Part shown: in pieces, positions 61,148 through 64,000 of the stretch
How positions within the stretch are numbered: the first letter of the stretch is position 1
How the letters are laid out: each line of letters begins with the position of its first letter
From: Dehalococcoidia bacterium
Lineage (GTDB): Bacteria > Chloroflexota > Dehalococcoidia > Bin125
Direction of reading: 5' to 3'
Assembly: GCA_965237475.1 (NCBI GenBank)
Contig: OZ250140.1
Location: 2,786,720-2,850,719 of the forward strand
DNA: 64,000 nucleotides
Notes under the pieces: generated by a model
The model's database searches: none
Told to the model about the DNA's origin: nothing
What the model saw: only the letters and a program-made list of their open reading frames with translations
Translations under genes and position numbers: made by a program

Positions 61148-62201
61148 CGGCGACCTGACGCCGGCGCTCAACGCGCTGCTCGAGGAGCGCCGCGACCTCA
61201 CGGACGCCGAGGCTGGCGCCGCGCTCGATGCGCTGATGTCGGGCGAGGCGGAGCCGCTGCAGGCTGCGGCGCTGCTGACCGCGCTGCGCAGCAAGGGCGA
61301 GACCGTTGACGAGGTCGTCGGGCTGGCACGGGCGATGCGCGAGCACGCGCTTCCCGTGGACCTCGCCGACCTGCCACGTCTCGCCGACACCGCTGGGACC
61401 GGCGGCGATGGGCGCCACACGTTCAACGCGAGCACCGCCGCGGCGTTCGTGCTCGCCGGCTGCGGCGTGCCGGTCGCCAAGCACGGCAACCGCGCGATGT
61501 CGTCGAGCTGCGGCTCGGCCGATGTGCTGGAGGCGTTGGGGGGCTGCATCAGCCTGGGACCCGCGCAGGTCGCGGCCTGCATTCGCGATGTCGGCTTCGG
61601 CTTCCTCTTCGCGCAGACATTTCATCCGTCGATGCGGCACGTCGCGCCGATTCGGCGCGGCCTCGGCGTTCGCACGGTGTTCAACATGCTGGGTCCGCTG
61701 ACCAATCCCGCAGGTGCGACGCACCAACTGATTGGCGTAGCGCGGCCCGAACTCGGACCGCTGATGGCGGCGGCGTTGCAACGGCTCGGGGTCAAGCGCG
61801 GGCTCGTTGTCCACGGCGCCGAGGGTCTGGACGAGGTCTCGCCGACGGGCGAGACGCACGTCTGGCAGGTCGGCGGCGACGCGATGACGGAGTTCTCGAT
61901 CCGGCCGGGGGACTTTCAGATCCGGCCCGTCTCGCTCGAGGCGGTCCGCGGCGGTGAGACGCCGGCTGAGGCGGCCACGATGATGCGGGAGGTGCTCGGC
62001 GGCAAGACCTCCGCGCTCACCGGGTTCGTGACGCTCAACGCGGCCGCCGCGCTGTTCGCCGCCGACGAGGTTCCGACGGTTGCCGAGGGCGTCAGTCGCG
62101 CGGCGGAGTGCATCGATGACGGACGGGCGCTGCGTAAGCTGGAGCTGTTCGTCGAGCGCTCGTCGCAGCTGGCCGAGGAGTCCGGGCAATGCCAGAGGTA
62201 G
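61134..62201 (+). CDS. trpD: Anthranilate phosphoribosyltransferase
   Basis: DTAGTGGDG..TFNAST, KHGNR..SS.CGSAD, GLDE. Confidence 0.95.
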
Positions 62202-63001
62202 CGCCGCAAGCTCAGGCCGGCTCCGTGCTCGAACGGATCGTCGCAGATACGCGCCAACGCGTCACCGATCGGCGCGCGCGGATGCCGATCGGGGCGCTTG
62301 AGATGCTCGCGCGAGCACGCCCGCCGGCGAGGGATTTTGTCGCGGCGCTGCGCGCGCCGGGCGTGGGCGTCATGGCGGAGATCAAGCGCGGTTCCCCCTC
62401 CAAGGGCCTGTTTGCGCCGGACCTCGATCCGGCTGCGCTGGCACGCACGTTCAGCGAGATTGGGGCCGTCGCGGTGTCGGTGCTCACATCGCCCGACTTT
62501 TTCGCGACCGACAACGACCTGCGCGCCGCGGCCGAGGCGCTCGCCGGCGCGGCTGCGCCACTCTTGCGTAAGGAATTTCACGTCGACCCGTACCAGGTGG
62601 TCGAAGCGCGGGCGCTGGGCGCGGACGCGTTTCTGATCATCGCCAAGACCTCCGATATCGAAGCGATGCGTGAGCTGATCGCGGTGGGGCGCGAGCTGGG
62701 CATCACGGCGTTCGTCGAGGTAACCGACGAGCCGGAGCTGCGGGCGGCGCTCGCCGTGGAAGCGCCCGCGATCGGGATCAACAACCGCGACCTGCACACG
62801 TTCCAGGAGGACCTGACCACCACTGAACGGCTCCGACCACTCGTGCCGGCGGACGTGCCCGTCGTCGCGGCCAGCGGCGTGCGTACGCGCGCCGACATGC
62901 TGCGCATGGAGGCCTGCGACGTGGACGCCGTGTTGATCGGTGAGGCGCTGTCGAGCGCTGCGGATCCGGCGGCCAAGCTGCGTGAGCTGACGGGTCGATG
63001 A
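62189..63001 (+). CDS. trpC: Indole-3-glycerol phosphate synthase
   Basis: AEIKRGSPSKG, LLRKEF, GINNRDL, ASGV. Confidence 0.93.
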   Translation: MPEVAPQAQAGSVLERIVADTRQRVTDRRARMPIGALEMLARARPPARDFVAALRAPGVGVMAEIKRGSPSKGLFAPDLDPAALARTFSEIGAVAVSVLTSPDFFATDNDLRAAAEALAGAAAPLLRKEFHVDPYQVVEARALGADAFLIIAKTSDIEAMRELIAVGRELGITAFVEVTDEPELRAALAVEAPAIGINNRDLHTFQEDLTTTERLRPLVPADVPVVAASGVRTRADMLRMEACDVDAVLIGEALSSAADPAAKLRELTGR

Positions 63002-63692
63002 GCGCCGACTCGCCGCTGGTGAAGATTTGCGGCGTGCGCGAGGTGCGCCACGCCGTGACGGCTCGGGAGGCCGGCGCAGACCTGATCGGGATGGTCTTCG
63101 CCGACGCGCGGCGACGTGTGGAGATCAAGGCGGCGCGCGCGATCCGCCGCGAGCTTGGCCCGCGGGTGGAGGTCATCGACTCGACGACCGACGCCGTGGA
63201 GCGGGGCCGGTCGCGCTCGGGTCGCCCGCTGCTGGTCGGCGTGTTCGCCGGGCAGACGCCGGACGAGATTCTGCGCGTGCTCGAACGGGTCGACCTCGAC
63301 CTGGTGCAGCTGAGCGGCGGCGAGCATCCAGCGCTGGCGGGGCGCATCCCAAGGGCGGTGATTCGCGCGACGCATGTCACAGCGAACGCGACGGCCGCGT
63401 CGCTGCTGCGCGACGCGTCGCGGACGCCGATCACGATCACGATGCTGGATGCTGCATCGAAGCAGGGCGGGGGAACGGGCGAGCGTTACGACTGGTCGCT
63501 CGCGGCGGAGGTCGCACGGGCGCGTCCCTTCATCCTTGCGGGCGGTCTGACGCCTGAGAATGTCGCGGAGGCCGTCGCGATCGTGCGGCCCTGGGCGGTG
63601 GATGTCTCGACGGGCGTCGAGAAGGATGGTCTGAAATCCGACGAGAAGATCCGCGCCTTTGTCGCGGCGGCACTGATGGCGGAGGCGTCAGC

Positions 63693-63696
<4 letters not shown>
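62998..63696 (+). CDS. trpF: Phosphoribosylanthranilate isomerase
   Basis: [39 protein letters not shown]. Confidence 0.92.

Positions 63697-64000
<304 letters not shown>

Overview
High-GC bacterial chromosomal segment. A Chloroflexota/Dehalococcoidia (SAR202-like, possibly sponge-associated) origin is my inference from the expanded LLM monooxygenases, SDRs and family III CoA-transferases, the secreted FN3/RCC1 repeat proteins and the unlinked rRNA. Layout: (1) 1-26 kb, catabolic genes (acyl-CoA ligase, three HSL esterases, LLM oxidoreductases, SDRs, korAB, epoxide hydrolases), an rmuC interrupted by an in-frame TAG, and a more AT-rich orphan with two RxxxxH (HEPN-like) motifs; (2) 27-36.5 kb, a defence/TA hotspot interleaved with solA and panE: fused type IIG-like R-M enzyme with an AT-richer specificity region, DUF2188, RelE with an unusual Abi/HEPN-like antitoxin, an NDT/TIR-like effector, and HigB-HigA-HigA'; (3) 36.6-44.1 kb, four Frc-like CoA-transferase paralogues split by a 14-repeat RCC1 gene whose in-frame TGA sits in a perfect inverted repeat; (4) a stand-alone 23S rRNA plus tRNA-fMet, with no adjacent 16S or 5S; (5) ktrAB/trkAH and tRNA-Glu, then a decaying accessory region (large repeat metallopeptidase-like protein, DUF3291, IS5 remnant); (6) trpE-[NUDIX/CMD]-[CMD]-trpGDCFB with a candidate leader peptide. 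The best candidates for undescribed systems are the tandem-HEPN orphan, the RelE/HEPN-like-antitoxin module with its neighbouring NDT/TIR-like effector, and the stop-in-hairpin RCC1 gene. All family assignments come from motif recognition by eye; no searches were run.
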